From NCBI GenBank assembly GCA_049521795.1, contig JBEKOM010000011.1, forward strand, positions 39,634 to 103,633: a stretch of 64,000 bases of DNA. The letters run 5' to 3'. Source of the DNA: Candidatus Bathyarchaeia archaeon (lineage in GTDB: Archaea > Thermoproteota > Bathyarchaeia > Bathyarchaeales > Bathycorpusculaceae). Both the position numbers and the translations under genes were made by a program. The notes beneath the pieces are model-generated. The model ran no database searches. It was not told the DNA's origin and saw only the letters and a list, made by a program, of their open reading frames with translations. Positions 8,065-18,767 of this stretch are shown here, piece by piece; position 1 is the stretch's first letter; each line of letters begins with the position of its first letter.

Positions 8065-9908
8065 TTCTGAACTATGGGTGTTAGGTCTTCCATCCCAAGT
8101 TCCTTGAGCTTCTCCACTGTGGGTACTCCCTGCTTTGTCCAGCCTCGGGCTTCATAATAATCATCGAGAAGCAGGTCCAGCTCCGCTTGAGTGAAGACGG
8201 CTCCTTTTGACGGGCCCTCGTCGGGGATCGGCAAGTGCATAACCTTGTAAGGCAACGTGTCGTCCTTCCTGCCCAGTCCTTCTCTTATGTTGAACAGTCT
8301 GCCGAGGTTGTTTATCCTTTCACCAGCACGTCTGAGTTCTTCAGGCGTCATCGGGTAACCTGTGACGACGCTGTAGAGTTTAGCCATGTCCTCCCATTCC
8401 TTGTAGTAAGTGCCCCTTGAGAACTTGCACACGACCAGTGAGTCGATGACTGCGTACGAGTCTTCCATGCCCATCACCATCTTTCCCCTGCCCTTCTCAG
8501 CGATCAGTCGGTTGACTTTTCCCTTCACGTCGAACGCGTAGGCCCCGTGTCTGTTGTGGTCTGCTCCACGGAACGAAACTGCGAAACCCAGCGCGGCCGT
8601 CTTCAGGCATCTCAGGTCGTAACCCGTTACTTCAACGCCTTTAATGTGTGCAGCCAGCTTCTCCGAGCCTTGGCCGATCTTTTCTGAGGCAACTTTGACC
8701 CCGTCGGCCAACACTTCGCCTATGCCCTCGCGTTTGCCTATCTTCTCGACGAGCTGAACCATCGCTTCATGGTTACCGAAGTGAGCGTCTATCCCGCCGA
8801 GGTCCTTGTCGGTCAGTATGCCCTTCTCGTAGCAGTCCATGGTGAAGCCCGCGATAACGCCGGCGCTGATCGCGTCTACTCCGTAGTAGTTTGAGAGTTC
8901 CATCCCCTTTATTATCGCGTCAAGGCGGTCCACACCGCAGAACGGACCTAGCGCCCACAAGGTCTCGTACTCCATACGCGTCATCGTGTTCTTGTACGGG
9001 CCCTCTGCGACGACGCACATGTGTTCACACCGCATCGCACAGGAACTGCATCCTATGATCTTCGCGACGTACTTCTCGTTCAGGACCTCTCCGCTGATTT
9101 TCTCTGCACCCTCAAAAGATGCGTTGTTGTAGTTCCTCGTAGGCATGCAAGCCAAGGAGTTGTGAACGAGAACATTCTCCGGAGTCCCCAACGTGCGGTA
9201 CTTCTGCGCTGCGGGACCTTTCATCCTCTCGTGAAACTCTTTGACCATCTCCATAAACTCTTCAGGCTTAGCCACCGTGATGTCATGCGTGCCACGGGCA
9301 GCGATTGCCTTCAAGTTCTTTGACCCCATGATTGCGCCTAGTCCAGTTCTTCCACAGGCTCTGGTCTTATCGTTGATGATGCACGCGATGCGCGAGAGTT
9401 TCTCGCCGGCGACGCCTATCGCCGCGACGCGGATATAGTAGTCTCCCAACTCTTCTCTTATCGCGTCCTCTGTTTCAGCCGGCGACTTGCCCATCAATCG
9501 TGAAGCGTCCAGAAGCTGAACAGCGTCATCGTCAATCCACAAATAAACTGGTTTTTCAGCCTTGCCCTTGATTATTACGCCGTCGTATCCGGCTCTTTTC
9601 AACTCTGTCCCGAACGTGCCGTGAGCCTTGGACTCGCCGACGCCGTAGCTTGCTGGCGACTTTGAGACGAAAGCGTGTCCGTTTCCGCCCGTGGGCCACA
9701 TTGTGCCCGCTATCGACCCAGTCGTCAGGATGAGGGGGTTCTCCGGGCTGAACGGTTCCACTCCGGGTTTAGAGTTGTCTAACCACAGGCGCATGCCTAA
9801 GCCTATTCCGCCGATGTATTTCTTAGCGTACTCTTCGTTCAAAGGCTCAACATGGGTTTTTCCTGAGGTTAAGTCAATATGAAGCATTCGACCAGCGTAT
9901 CCTAACAA
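8061..9908 (-). CDS. aor: Tungsten-dependent aldehyde:ferredoxin oxidoreductase family protein
   Basis: GYAGRMLHIDL, SKSP, GRTGLGAIMGSKNLKAI, CSSCAMRC, EYET, DSLVVCKF, YYEARGW. Confidence 0.93.
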   Translation of the reverse strand: MLGYAGRMLHIDLTSGKTHVEPLNEEYAKKYIGGIGLGMRLWLDNSKPGVEPFSPENPLILTTGSIAGTMWPTGGNGHAFVSKSPASYGVGESKAHGTFGTELKRAGYDGVIIKGKAEKPVYLWIDDDAVQLLDASRLMGKSPAETEDAIREELGDYYIRVAAIGVAGEKLSRIACIINDKTRACGRTGLGAIMGSKNLKAIAARGTHDITVAKPEEFMEMVKEFHERMKGPAAQKYRTLGTPENVLVHNSLACMPTRNYNNASFEGAEKISGEVLNEKYVAKIIGCSSCAMRCEHMCVVAEGPYKNTMTRMEYETLWALGPFCGVDRLDAIIKGMELSNYYGVDAISAGVIAGFTMDCYEKGILTDKDLGGIDAHFGNHEAMVQLVEKIGKREGIGEVLADGVKVASEKIGQGSEKLAAHIKGVEVTGYDLRCLKTAALGFAVSFRGADHNRHGAYAFDVKGKVNRLIAEKGRGKMVMGMEDSYAVIDSLVVCKFSRGTYYKEWEDMAKLYSVVTGYPMTPEELRRAGERINNLGRLFNIREGLGRKDDTLPYKVMHLPIPDEGPSKGAVFTQAELDLLLDDYYEARGWTKQGVPTVEKLKELGMEDLTPIVQK

Positions 9909-10068
9909 TGTTTCCTCCCCTTGCTGTTTGTAAAGGAACGATGCGCGGTTGATATTAATTTATCGATTTGCAAACGAGAATCTCCATGGAGAGCAACTAG
10001 GGCAGGTGAGAAATGGGAAGGCACGTTGAAAAAACGCGTGTTGAGAAAGTCGCGAGGTTTTCGGGGCC

Positions 10069-11643
10069 CTATGTTGCTTCTTTGATGAGTTCGAGGATGT
10101 CTTTCACGGCAATCTTGTTTTCGACGTCCAGCACTTTGACAGCGTCTTCGAGAGTTGTCACGCAGTAGGGACATGCAACGGCCACGGTGTCAACGCCGAG
10201 TTCAAGGGCTTCATGAAGTCTGTTCGTGCTTGGCCTCTTCTCTGTCACCGCGTCTTCTGTCCAGACTCTGCCTGCTCCTCCGCCGCAGCAGAAGCTACTC
10301 TGTCTTGTTCTCTTCATCTCAACAAGCTTGATACCGTTTATTGACTGCAAGATCTGTCTCGGCGCGTCGAACACGTCGTTGCGCTTGCCTAAGAAGCATG
10401 GGTCATGGTAGGCAACGGTTTTCTTCACTGGCTTGCCGAGTTTGATTTTGCCGCTGCTTAATGCCTCGGCCAAGAATTGTGTGTAATGCTGAACGTTGAA
10501 GTTGGCGTCTTTGTATGGTTTGTCATTCTTGAAGGTGTTGTAGCAGTGCGGCGACAGCGTCACAATCTTTCCAGCGTCGAACTTCTTGAACATGGAGACG
10601 TTATGTTCGGCCAGTTCTTCGAAAAGTCCTTTCTCGCCCATTCTCAGCATGTGGTCTCCGCAGCACCACTCTTCGGCGCCCAGTGTTGCGAAGGACACGT
10701 CCATACTGTTAAACACTGCGGCCATGTTTCTAGCGGCTTCTTGGTTCCTCATGTCATACACGTTTGAGCAACAAACGAAGAAGAGCACGTCCGCTTTCGT
10801 GACTGTTGGGTAAGTTCTTACGTTCAGGTCTTTTGCCCAGTCCATTCTTTTTGCCTGCGGCGTGCTCATTGGGTTGTGGTATTTGTAGACGCTCTCAAGC
10901 ACGTCTTTGACGGTTCTGGGTATGTTGCTGCCTTCTACGAGAAGGCTGTGGTCGTCGACTATCGCGTCGGCGCAGCTTAGTTTCTTTGGGCAGAAAAGCG
11001 TGCATGAATTGCACTGAGTGCACAGCCACACATTGTCTGCCATCGGCTTCAACCGTTCATCCGCGCCTTGATCCCTTGAATCTGCTACAAACCGGTAATT
11101 CGACGTCAAAGCCGAAGGGCCCAAGAATTTCTCGTCTATGATCGCCGGGCATGCAGAGTTGCAGATGGAACATTTTATGCAGAGCGTTAAGTCCCAGTAC
11201 TTCTTGAGGTCGGCCGGAGACTGGACAAATTCGATTGGTTTTTTCAGCTCGTCTCCAGGTTTGATTAGGTAAGGCTTTATCCTCTTGTACGTGTCGAAGA
11301 AAGGCTGCATATCGACTACCAGGTCTTTTATGACCGGTGCGTTCGAGAGCGGCTCGATGAGTAACGAGTCTGAACCGAGATCGAGAATCTGCGTGTAGCA
11401 TGCCAGCATAGGTTTTCCGTTGACGTTGATGGCGCAGTCTCCGCATATGCCCATTCTGCACGACTGCCTAAAAGTGAGTGATTCGTCCAGATTGTCCTTG
11501 ATGTAGAGAAGAGCGTCCAGCAGTGTTGTTCCTTTTCGAACTGGAACCTTGAACGTTGAAGTGTACCTTCTCTTTTGCGTAGGGTCAAAACGGTTTATCT
11601 TGAACTCGACGGTTTTCTCAACATGTGTGCTCATCAAACTCAC
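10069..11643 (-). CDS. tfrB: SdhB/FrdB Fe-S domain fused to HdrD-like CCG domains (thiol:fumarate reductase subunit B-like)
   Basis: CRMGICGDC 2Fe-2S, CIKCSICNSACP, CTQCNSCTLFCP, then WCCG, YHDPC, FCCGGG, ACPYC. Confidence 0.8.
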   Translation of the reverse strand: MSLMSTHVEKTVEFKINRFDPTQKRRYTSTFKVPVRKGTTLLDALLYIKDNLDESLTFRQSCRMGICGDCAINVNGKPMLACYTQILDLGSDSLLIEPLSNAPVIKDLVVDMQPFFDTYKRIKPYLIKPGDELKKPIEFVQSPADLKKYWDLTLCIKCSICNSACPAIIDEKFLGPSALTSNYRFVADSRDQGADERLKPMADNVWLCTQCNSCTLFCPKKLSCADAIVDDHSLLVEGSNIPRTVKDVLESVYKYHNPMSTPQAKRMDWAKDLNVRTYPTVTKADVLFFVCCSNVYDMRNQEAARNMAAVFNSMDVSFATLGAEEWCCGDHMLRMGEKGLFEELAEHNVSMFKKFDAGKIVTLSPHCYNTFKNDKPYKDANFNVQHYTQFLAEALSSGKIKLGKPVKKTVAYHDPCFLGKRNDVFDAPRQILQSINGIKLVEMKRTRQSSFCCGGGAGRVWTEDAVTEKRPSTNRLHEALELGVDTVAVACPYCVTTLEDAVKVLDVENKIAVKDILELIKEAT

Positions 11644-11647
11644 CCTT

Positions 11648-13357
11648 CTAATAGGTTCTGGCCGCGGGCAGCCACCTTGTGATCGTCACTGGCGAGTACT
11701 CTAGTCTCGGCCCGTCTTTCGTGTAATAAGCCAATGTGTGTTTCAGCCATTTTTCGTCGTCACGTTTCGGATAATCAGTTCTCGAGTGGGCTCCGCGCGA
11801 CTCGTTTCTCGGAAGCGCTCCGACAAAAGTGACCTCAGCTAGGTCTAGCATGAAATCCAGCTGCAAGGCATTCAGCATGCCAGTGTTGAAGGGTCTGCCC
11901 TTGTCTTTGACCCTTATTTTTTTGAATCTGTTCTTCAGCTGTCTTATTTCTTTCAGGCCGCTTTCAAGCTGGTCGCCTCTTCGGTAGATCCAGGCTTTCT
12001 CATTCATCGTGCGCCTCATCTCATCCCTGATTTTGGGCACACTTTCACCGCCCTCGCTTCCCAGTATCCCGTCAAAAACCCGCTTCTCTTCTGCTATGAG
12101 TCTTTCGTGTTGAATCTCGTGCACACCGTTCTTAAGAGCGTGCTTGGCGGCTTCTTCGCCTGACACGGCTCCGAAAACTAGACATTCGCTTGTTGAGTTT
12201 GTTCCCAGCCTGTTTGCTCCGTGTATGCTCAGACAGGAGCATTCTCCGGAAGCGTACAATCCAGAAATCGGCGTTTCAGCTCTTACGTTGGCTTTGATTC
12301 CTCCCATCGAGTAATGAGCCGCGGGCCTGATGGGGATCAGCTCCTTTACAGGGTCTACGCCGCCGAGTTTCATTGCAACGTCCCGGATCAGCGGCAATCT
12401 CAGGTTGATTTTTTCTTCACCCAAGTGTCTCAGGTCTATGGCTATGTAGGGCCCGTAAGGTCCTTGCAGACCTCTTCCTTCCAGGATTTCCGTCTGTTCA
12501 GCCCTTGAGACTACGTCGCGTGGGGCAAGCTCCATCTTCTCCGGCGCATAACGTTTCATGAAACGCTCGCCTTTGGCGTTAACCAAGTAACCTCCTTCGC
12601 CACGAGCACCTTCGGTTATCAGCACGCCGGGGGGAACCAGCCCCGTCGGATGAAATTGCACAAATTCCATGTCTTCCAGTGGTGCTCCGGCACGGTAGGC
12701 CATTGCCATTCCGTCGCCGGTCGTTGTGTGTGAAAAAGTGGTGAACTCGTAGATGCGCTCGTGACCTCCGGTTGCCATCACGATCGATTTAGCACTGAAC
12801 GCATGCATTTCCCCACTTTTCATTTCTATGGCAGTTAACCCTGTTGCCCTGTCGTTCTCGACTATGAGCGACGTGGCGAACCACTCGTCGTAGAACTTGA
12901 TGTTTGGGTATGATGTTGCTTTTCCGTACAACGCGTGCATCTCATGGAATCCAGTCATGTCCGCTGCAAAGCATGCTCTTGGAAACGTGTGACCGCCGAA
13001 AGCTCTTTGGTCTATCTTTCCGTCTGGGGTTCGGCTCCAGGGGCATCCCCAGTGTTCAGTGAGAACTATTTCTCTTGGAGCCCTTTTTACGAAGAATTCT
13101 ACGACGTCTTGGTCTGCCAGGTAATCCGCACCTTTCACCGTGTCGAAAGCGTGCTGTTCAAACGAGTCTTTTTCACGCATCGCCGCTGCGGTTCCACCCT
13201 GCGCGCACACCGAGTGTGAACGTATCGGGTGGTGCTTTGAGATTACGGCTATGTCCAGTTTGTCGCTGACGTCCGCGGCGGCCACTGCGGCTCTGAGACC
13301 GGCTAGGCCGGCTCCGATTATGGCTACATCATGAGTGAATTTTTCCATGCCGTTCAC
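11648..13357 (-). CDS. tfrA: Fumarate reductase/succinate dehydrogenase flavoprotein (TfrA-like)
   Basis: GAGLAG, SHSVCAQGG (FAD His), QFHPT, TEGARGEGG, ELAPRD, HYSMGG, HGANRLG, ESRGAH. Confidence 0.88.
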   Translation of the reverse strand: MNGMEKFTHDVAIIGAGLAGLRAAVAAADVSDKLDIAVISKHHPIRSHSVCAQGGTAAAMREKDSFEQHAFDTVKGADYLADQDVVEFFVKRAPREIVLTEHWGCPWSRTPDGKIDQRAFGGHTFPRACFAADMTGFHEMHALYGKATSYPNIKFYDEWFATSLIVENDRATGLTAIEMKSGEMHAFSAKSIVMATGGHERIYEFTTFSHTTTGDGMAMAYRAGAPLEDMEFVQFHPTGLVPPGVLITEGARGEGGYLVNAKGERFMKRYAPEKMELAPRDVVSRAEQTEILEGRGLQGPYGPYIAIDLRHLGEEKINLRLPLIRDVAMKLGGVDPVKELIPIRPAAHYSMGGIKANVRAETPISGLYASGECSCLSIHGANRLGTNSTSECLVFGAVSGEEAAKHALKNGVHEIQHERLIAEEKRVFDGILGSEGGESVPKIRDEMRRTMNEKAWIYRRGDQLESGLKEIRQLKNRFKKIRVKDKGRPFNTGMLNALQLDFMLDLAEVTFVGALPRNESRGAHSRTDYPKRDDEKWLKHTLAYYTKDGPRLEYSPVTITRWLPAARTY

Positions 13358-13456
13358 CTGATTGGCAAGTATTTAGGGATAAGGTAGACTTGTTACCTTT
13401 GCTTTATAGTTTTCCAAACCCGGTTCTGTTAACTCTTCGGGGTCTAAAGGAGTTTG

Positions 13457-16024
13457 TTAACTGGCGGGGCTTTTTCTCCTACCATCCGCGTTGTTGCGAG
13501 AGACCTTTTCGTGATTTTTGTTGTTGAAATGCGCATGTCTCATGTGGACAAAGGAGTGCCTGCCTGCTGGGTGTCTCATCAGGTATTTGACGGTTTCAAC
13601 GATTAACAGCATGCCAAAACCGACGCTGAATACTAATATCCAATCGTTAAGGTGCAGTGGTACGACGCCTAAGATGTTGTTCAGAGCAGGAATATAGAGA
13701 GCTAAGAGTTGCTGGGAGAAACCTAGACCGACTGTGCCGAAGAGCCACTTATTTGTGAAGAAGTTGCCTGATTTGGCCAGGGAGTGCCTAAGGCTGCGGT
13801 AGGCGAAAATGTATATCAACTCTTGTACGGCTAGGACTGTAAACACTATGGTTCTGCCTGATTCTATGTCGTGGTAGATTTGCCAGAAAGACCAGAACAG
13901 AATTAGAGAACACGCTGCAGAGATGAGGCTTATAGCGAGAATCAAGGTTTTGGCCCAGTTATCCAGAATGTTCTCTTTCATGCTCTTTGGTTTCTCATTC
14001 ATTACGCCTGCTTCTCCTTTTTCGAAGCCGAGGACAATGTCAGACGGGCCATCACATATTAGGTGGACCCACAGGATCTGCGGGACTGTCAATGGGGCTG
14101 GCCAGCCTAGAATCATAGCGCCGAAGATTGTGAAGATCTCGGCGAATGAGTTGGAAAGAACGTAGGCTACGACTTTCTTTATGTTGTCGAAGACTATTCT
14201 TCCTTCTTCAACCGTGTCTACAAGCGTCTGGAAATTATTGTCCAGAAGGATTAAGCTAGCTGTTTCCTTTGCTACGTCGGTAGCGTTTCCAACTGAGACT
14301 CCGATGTTTGCTTTCTTGAGAGCCGGCGCGTCGTTCACGCCATCTCCGATCATTGCCGTTACTTCGGAGCGTTTCTGAAGGGCATTGACAATTTTCAGCT
14401 TATGGTGTGGCGCGACGCGGCAAAACAGTACAACATCATCCACAATCTTCGCGAGATCCGACTCGCTCATGGTTTCAAGCTCTTTGCCTTCAAGAATCTG
14501 GTTTGAATTGACAGAAAGACCGATTGCAGCAGCTACCTTCTGCGCTGTGCCGCGGTAATCTCCAGTCACTACTTTCACTTTGATTCCAGCCTTGTGACAA
14601 AGGGCCACAGCGTCTTTGACGCTCGGTCTTATTGGATCTTCGATTCCGACAAGTCCGAGCCACTCGAAATCCTTCAATTCTCTGCGTTGTCCATCTCGTT
14701 TGTATGCTAGAGCGAGGACCTTCAAGCCTGAGTTAGCCCACTCTGTGAATTCACCGATTGCTTCCTTCTTTTCTTTCTGTGACACCGAACAGAAGTCCAG
14801 AACTATTTCAGGTGCTCCCTTCAGGAGTGCAACTTCAGCTCCTTCTATGACGTTGACCGTCAACATGTGCTTTCTTTCACTTGAAAACGGCACTTCGTGA
14901 GTGCGCTTACATTTTTCGGAGAGCGCTTGAGGATCTACGCCCATGACTTTCGTCCTATTCCACATAGACACTTCCAAAGAGTCTGCAAGATCATTGCACA
15001 ATGCCATCACGTGCACTGCCATCTTCTCGTTGCGAAAATCGGTTCGCACAACTTGCATGATTCCTTCGGTAAGGGTTCCTGTTTTGTCAGTACAAATGAC
15101 GGTTACAGAGCCAAGTGTCTCCACGGCCAATAGCTTTTTGACGAGACCTCTCCGGTGCAGGATGGCTCTCATGCCAATGACAAGAATCATTGTGACAGCA
15201 ATTGGCAACCCTTCGGGTATGGCGGCAATGGCCAAGACCACCGCTACCTTGACCATCTGTAAGAAGTCGATTCCTGAGAGCAGCCCGATGCCAAGAATTA
15301 CAGCACTTATGACTATTACGATGTAGGTTAAGGAGCGACCGAAGCCTTCAAGTCTCATTTGCAAGGGTGTAGGTCCTTCTTTCATCTCGGACAACGAATC
15401 GGCGATCTTTCCGAGTTCGGTTGATATTCCTGTTGCAGTGACTTTCACGAGACCTCTGCCGGAAACTGCAGTTGTTCCCATGTAGACAGGGTCGCTGACA
15501 TCTTTGACCACGGGCTCGCTTTCACCAGTCAAGATGGCTTCATTGATGTTCAGGTTTACAGCTTCAATGAGCTCGCCATCCGCAGCTATTTTGTCGCCAT
15601 CGTTCAGAGCTATTACATCGCCGGGCACAATTTCCGAGGCATCTATTTCGGCCAATTGTCCGTCTCTGATCACCCTTGCAGTGGGCTTCAGTAAGTGCCT
15701 AAGAGCTACGACGGCTTTCTCAGCTCTGTGTTCTTGAAAGAAGCCAACGACAGTGTCTAGGAGAATTACGATTGCTATTATCAATGCATCGTTGTAATCT
15801 TTGAGAATAACGGATATGATGGCGGCGGCTGTGATTACATAGATCAGCGGGTTTTTGAACTGCGACAAATAGATGGTGAGAGCACTTCGGCCTTCTTTCT
15901 GGGGGAGCCTGTTCAAGCCAAAGCTTTTCTTCAGTTCCTGCACTTGCGAACTTTGCAGTCCTTTCCTTTGGAGGTTTTCGCCAGAGTCTGCTTCATGCAA
16001 GAATCTCAATCTTTCCTCCGGCAA
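13457..16024 (-). CDS. P-type ATPase, P2-like cation transporter
   Basis: LTGES, IPEGL, DKTGTLT, KGAPE, TGD, GDGVNDAPAL; multiple TM helices. Confidence 0.92.
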   Translation of the reverse strand: MPEERLRFLHEADSGENLQRKGLQSSQVQELKKSFGLNRLPQKEGRSALTIYLSQFKNPLIYVITAAAIISVILKDYNDALIIAIVILLDTVVGFFQEHRAEKAVVALRHLLKPTARVIRDGQLAEIDASEIVPGDVIALNDGDKIAADGELIEAVNLNINEAILTGESEPVVKDVSDPVYMGTTAVSGRGLVKVTATGISTELGKIADSLSEMKEGPTPLQMRLEGFGRSLTYIVIVISAVILGIGLLSGIDFLQMVKVAVVLAIAAIPEGLPIAVTMILVIGMRAILHRRGLVKKLLAVETLGSVTVICTDKTGTLTEGIMQVVRTDFRNEKMAVHVMALCNDLADSLEVSMWNRTKVMGVDPQALSEKCKRTHEVPFSSERKHMLTVNVIEGAEVALLKGAPEIVLDFCSVSQKEKKEAIGEFTEWANSGLKVLALAYKRDGQRRELKDFEWLGLVGIEDPIRPSVKDAVALCHKAGIKVKVVTGDYRGTAQKVAAAIGLSVNSNQILEGKELETMSESDLAKIVDDVVLFCRVAPHHKLKIVNALQKRSEVTAMIGDGVNDAPALKKANIGVSVGNATDVAKETASLILLDNNFQTLVDTVEEGRIVFDNIKKVVAYVLSNSFAEIFTIFGAMILGWPAPLTVPQILWVHLICDGPSDIVLGFEKGEAGVMNEKPKSMKENILDNWAKTLILAISLISAACSLILFWSFWQIYHDIESGRTIVFTVLAVQELIYIFAYRSLRHSLAKSGNFFTNKWLFGTVGLGFSQQLLALYIPALNNILGVVPLHLNDWILVFSVGFGMLLIVETVKYLMRHPAGRHSFVHMRHAHFNNKNHEKVSRNNADGRRKSPAS

Positions 16025-16322
16025 ATAGACGTAAATGCAATCTTCGATGAAGACCTCCGAACAAGCGGGGGAGTAACTATTTTTTGGTTGTGCCTTATAG
16101 GCGTTGCGCGCGTGCTATGAAAAGAGCAAAACTGGGTTCATCGTTGGCTAAAACCCATACCTTGCTTAGGGAACTCTAATCCAGTTCATTACAGTGCCGA
16201 GTCTCTGAGAGTTGCCAGAACCTTGGACCATAGCCAAAACGTCTTTATTCCTCATTATCGCTTTTTTGTGCGTTTTACAAGATTTTTATAGTCCCCCGTT
16301 TATCCTAGCTTGTGATGGTCTG

Positions 16323-17276
16323 ATGTTTGATGCTGAGAAATTTATAGAGGGCACTGTTGAGGAGTTAAGACGCAGGATAAAGGGCGTTGCTGTTATCGGC
16401 GTTTCCGGCGGCGTTGACTCTACTGTTGCCGCGGTGTTGGTGAACAGGGCGATCGGGAAGAGCCTGCGGTGTGTTTTGGTCGACACTGGCTACATGAGGA
16501 AGAATGAGGTAGCCAACAATCAGAAACTGCTGGAGAAGCTGGGGTTAAACGTACTTGTCGTGGATGTGAAGGAACGATTTTATGAAAAGCTGAAGGGTGT
16601 TGTCGACCCGGAGAAGAAGAGGAAGGTCATAGGTGAGCTTTTCATAAGGGTCTTCGAGGAAGTCGCGAGGAAAGAGAACGCTAGATTCTTTGTTCAGGGA
16701 ACGATCGCGCCGGACTGGATAGAAAGTGGAGGGGGACTCAGGGACAGAATCAAGTCTCACCACAACGTCGGCGGTCTGCCCGAGAAAATAGAGTTTGAAA
16801 TTGTTGAGCCGCTTAGAGACTTGTACAAGGATGAAGTCAGAATCGTCGGACAGGAGCTGGGGTTGCCTAAGCATATTTATGAGAGACAGCCTTTCCCAGG
16901 CCCCGGGTTGGCCGTAAGAATTCTCGGCGAGGCTGATCCGGACAGTGCGAGAATCGTAAGAGAAGCGTGCGCCATAGTCGAAGAGGAGATCGAGAACGCC
17001 GTAGCGAACAATGAGATGAGCAGGCCCTGGCAATACTTTGCTGTCCTGCTGCCCTGCAAGACCGTTGGCGTTCACGGCGACGTCAGGGTCTACAGAAGCA
17101 CAATATCTGTCCGCGCTGTTGAAAGCCTAGACGGGATGAGCGCTGCTTACTCGAAGATTCCTCACCTAGTGTTGGAGAGAATATCCGTCAGAATAACAAA
17201 CGCTCTAAAGGATGATGTTGGAAGGGTTGTTTTTGACGTTACGAACAAGCCGCCGGGGACGATCGAGTATGAATAA
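16323..17276 (+). CDS. guaAB: GMP synthase subunit B (ATP pyrophosphatase)
   Basis: SGGVDS, IKSHHNVGG, EPLRDLYKDEVR, PFPGPGLA, KPPGTIEYE; ATG at 16323. Confidence 0.95.
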   Translation: MFDAEKFIEGTVEELRRRIKGVAVIGVSGGVDSTVAAVLVNRAIGKSLRCVLVDTGYMRKNEVANNQKLLEKLGLNVLVVDVKERFYEKLKGVVDPEKKRKVIGELFIRVFEEVARKENARFFVQGTIAPDWIESGGGLRDRIKSHHNVGGLPEKIEFEIVEPLRDLYKDEVRIVGQELGLPKHIYERQPFPGPGLAVRILGEADPDSARIVREACAIVEEEIENAVANNEMSRPWQYFAVLLPCKTVGVHGDVRVYRSTISVRAVESLDGMSAAYSKIPHLVLERISVRITNALKDDVGRVVFDVTNKPPGTIEYE

Positions 17277-17844
17277 ACCCGCGAAAATCAACGTTATCGA
17301 CAACGGCGGACAGTGGACTCACAGGATCTGGAGAGTTCTGCGAGAGATAGGATGCGAAACCAAGATTATCCCAAACACGACTCCAGTAAGCGAGATAGAC
17401 GCGGATGCACTGGTTTTGAGCGGCGGCGCACCGCGAGTCGTCTGGGAATCTCCTAGGCTGGGCAACTGCACTGACTATTTGAACGAGTTTCACGGTCCCA
17501 TAATGGGAATATGCGTCGGGCTTCAACTGATGGCCATCCACTGCGGAGGCAAGGCTGGGCCGTCGAAGGTTCCAGAATACGGGTTGGCCAAGATCAGAGT
17601 CATCGAAGAGGATGATCTGTTCAAAGGACTGCCGAAAGAGTTCCTTGTTTGGGAGTCGCACAACGACGAGGTCAAAGATGCACCGGGCTTCAAGGTTCTT
17701 GCGGTTTCAGAGAACTGCAGTGTCCAAGCTGTTAAACATCTGGAAAGGTCGTATTATGGTGTTCAGTTCCATCCAGAAGTGAACAACACTGAGCACGGTG
17801 AAGAGATTTACAGGAATTTTGTACGCGTAGTCGAAACAAGATGA
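17269..17844 (+). CDS. guaAA: GMP synthase subunit A (glutamine amidotransferase)
   Basis: DNGGQW, LSGG, GICVGLQ, ESHND, QFHPEV; ATG overlaps the end of guaAB. Confidence 0.93.
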   Translation: MNKPAKINVIDNGGQWTHRIWRVLREIGCETKIIPNTTPVSEIDADALVLSGGAPRVVWESPRLGNCTDYLNEFHGPIMGICVGLQLMAIHCGGKAGPSKVPEYGLAKIRVIEEDDLFKGLPKEFLVWESHNDEVKDAPGFKVLAVSENCSVQAVKHLERSYYGVQFHPEVNNTEHGEEIYRNFVRVVETR

Positions 17845-18005
17845 CGAACGGGGCTCATTCTCTGAGTTACGTTGCCACGAATTTCGAGAGATGTCCACCT
17901 CCACTTGTAGGTGAGTCATAGTATGATTCTTACAGTCTATGATCATGTTTGGGCTTAGCAGGCATTATGGGAAATAAAAAGAGGAAGGGATTATGGTGTG
18001 CGCGT

Positions 18006-18323
18006 CTAGAATATGGTGGGCATTTCGTCTGCGTGTGCCAAGAGTTCTTTTGTCGGTGTGACGAGGTGGAAGTCAATTTCCAAAAAGTGCATGAAACCGG
18101 CTCTAGCAAGGAAGTCTCTGACGGCCTCTGCATTAGGGGCCTCGAACAGCATGAAGGCCTTATGGTTTGGGTCAAGATGAATGTCCATCAAGATCTTCAC
18201 GTTTAGCTGCTTGGCCAGCTTCGGAACTTGTCGGTAAGTTTTCTTGGCAAACTCCCTGACTGCTTTGTTTGTCATTGGACAATTGTCAGGCGGATGGCTT
18301 CCTATTATAGCATATTGCGGCAT
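18006..18323 (-). CDS. Small conserved hypothetical protein (ferredoxin-like fold, DUF3303-like)
   Basis: MPQYAIIGSHPPDNCP...HKAFMLFEAPNAEAVRDFL...VTP pattern. Confidence 0.6.
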   Translation of the reverse strand: MPQYAIIGSHPPDNCPMTNKAVREFAKKTYRQVPKLAKQLNVKILMDIHLDPNHKAFMLFEAPNAEAVRDFLARAGFMHFLEIDFHLVTPTKELLAHADEMPTIF

Positions 18324-18767
18324 AACATACCACAATTCAGAATTGCGCTGGTGGCCTTTTTGAGTCTTGGGACTATTCACGGAAGACGTTTCGTCGTTTT
18401 ATGTCAAAGCTCTTGGCGCGTGTTGATAGTTACTTCAGGAACGGAATATTTCTTTTCATGCGACCAAGTGTGCCCATTCAATCGAACTTCTCGATGTCAA
18501 TGACGCAGGTAACGCCATGTTGCTGTTGACATCGACCGTTAGAAAACTTCAGTAGGGCTTCAGTTTCAAGTACTCGAGCTAGAACTCATTAATTGCAACG
18601 AATTGAAAGGCGCGCACGCAACTTCCAGGCTTCAGCATTGCACGTAGCCGATTTGGAATTCTATTCCAGCCGTTTTATAATGTGATAGCCGAAAGAAAAG
18701 TTTGGTTATCAACGCCCATGAGGATCATCCTAAAATACTCGGCGCAACTTCCAGTTTCACCTCGATA

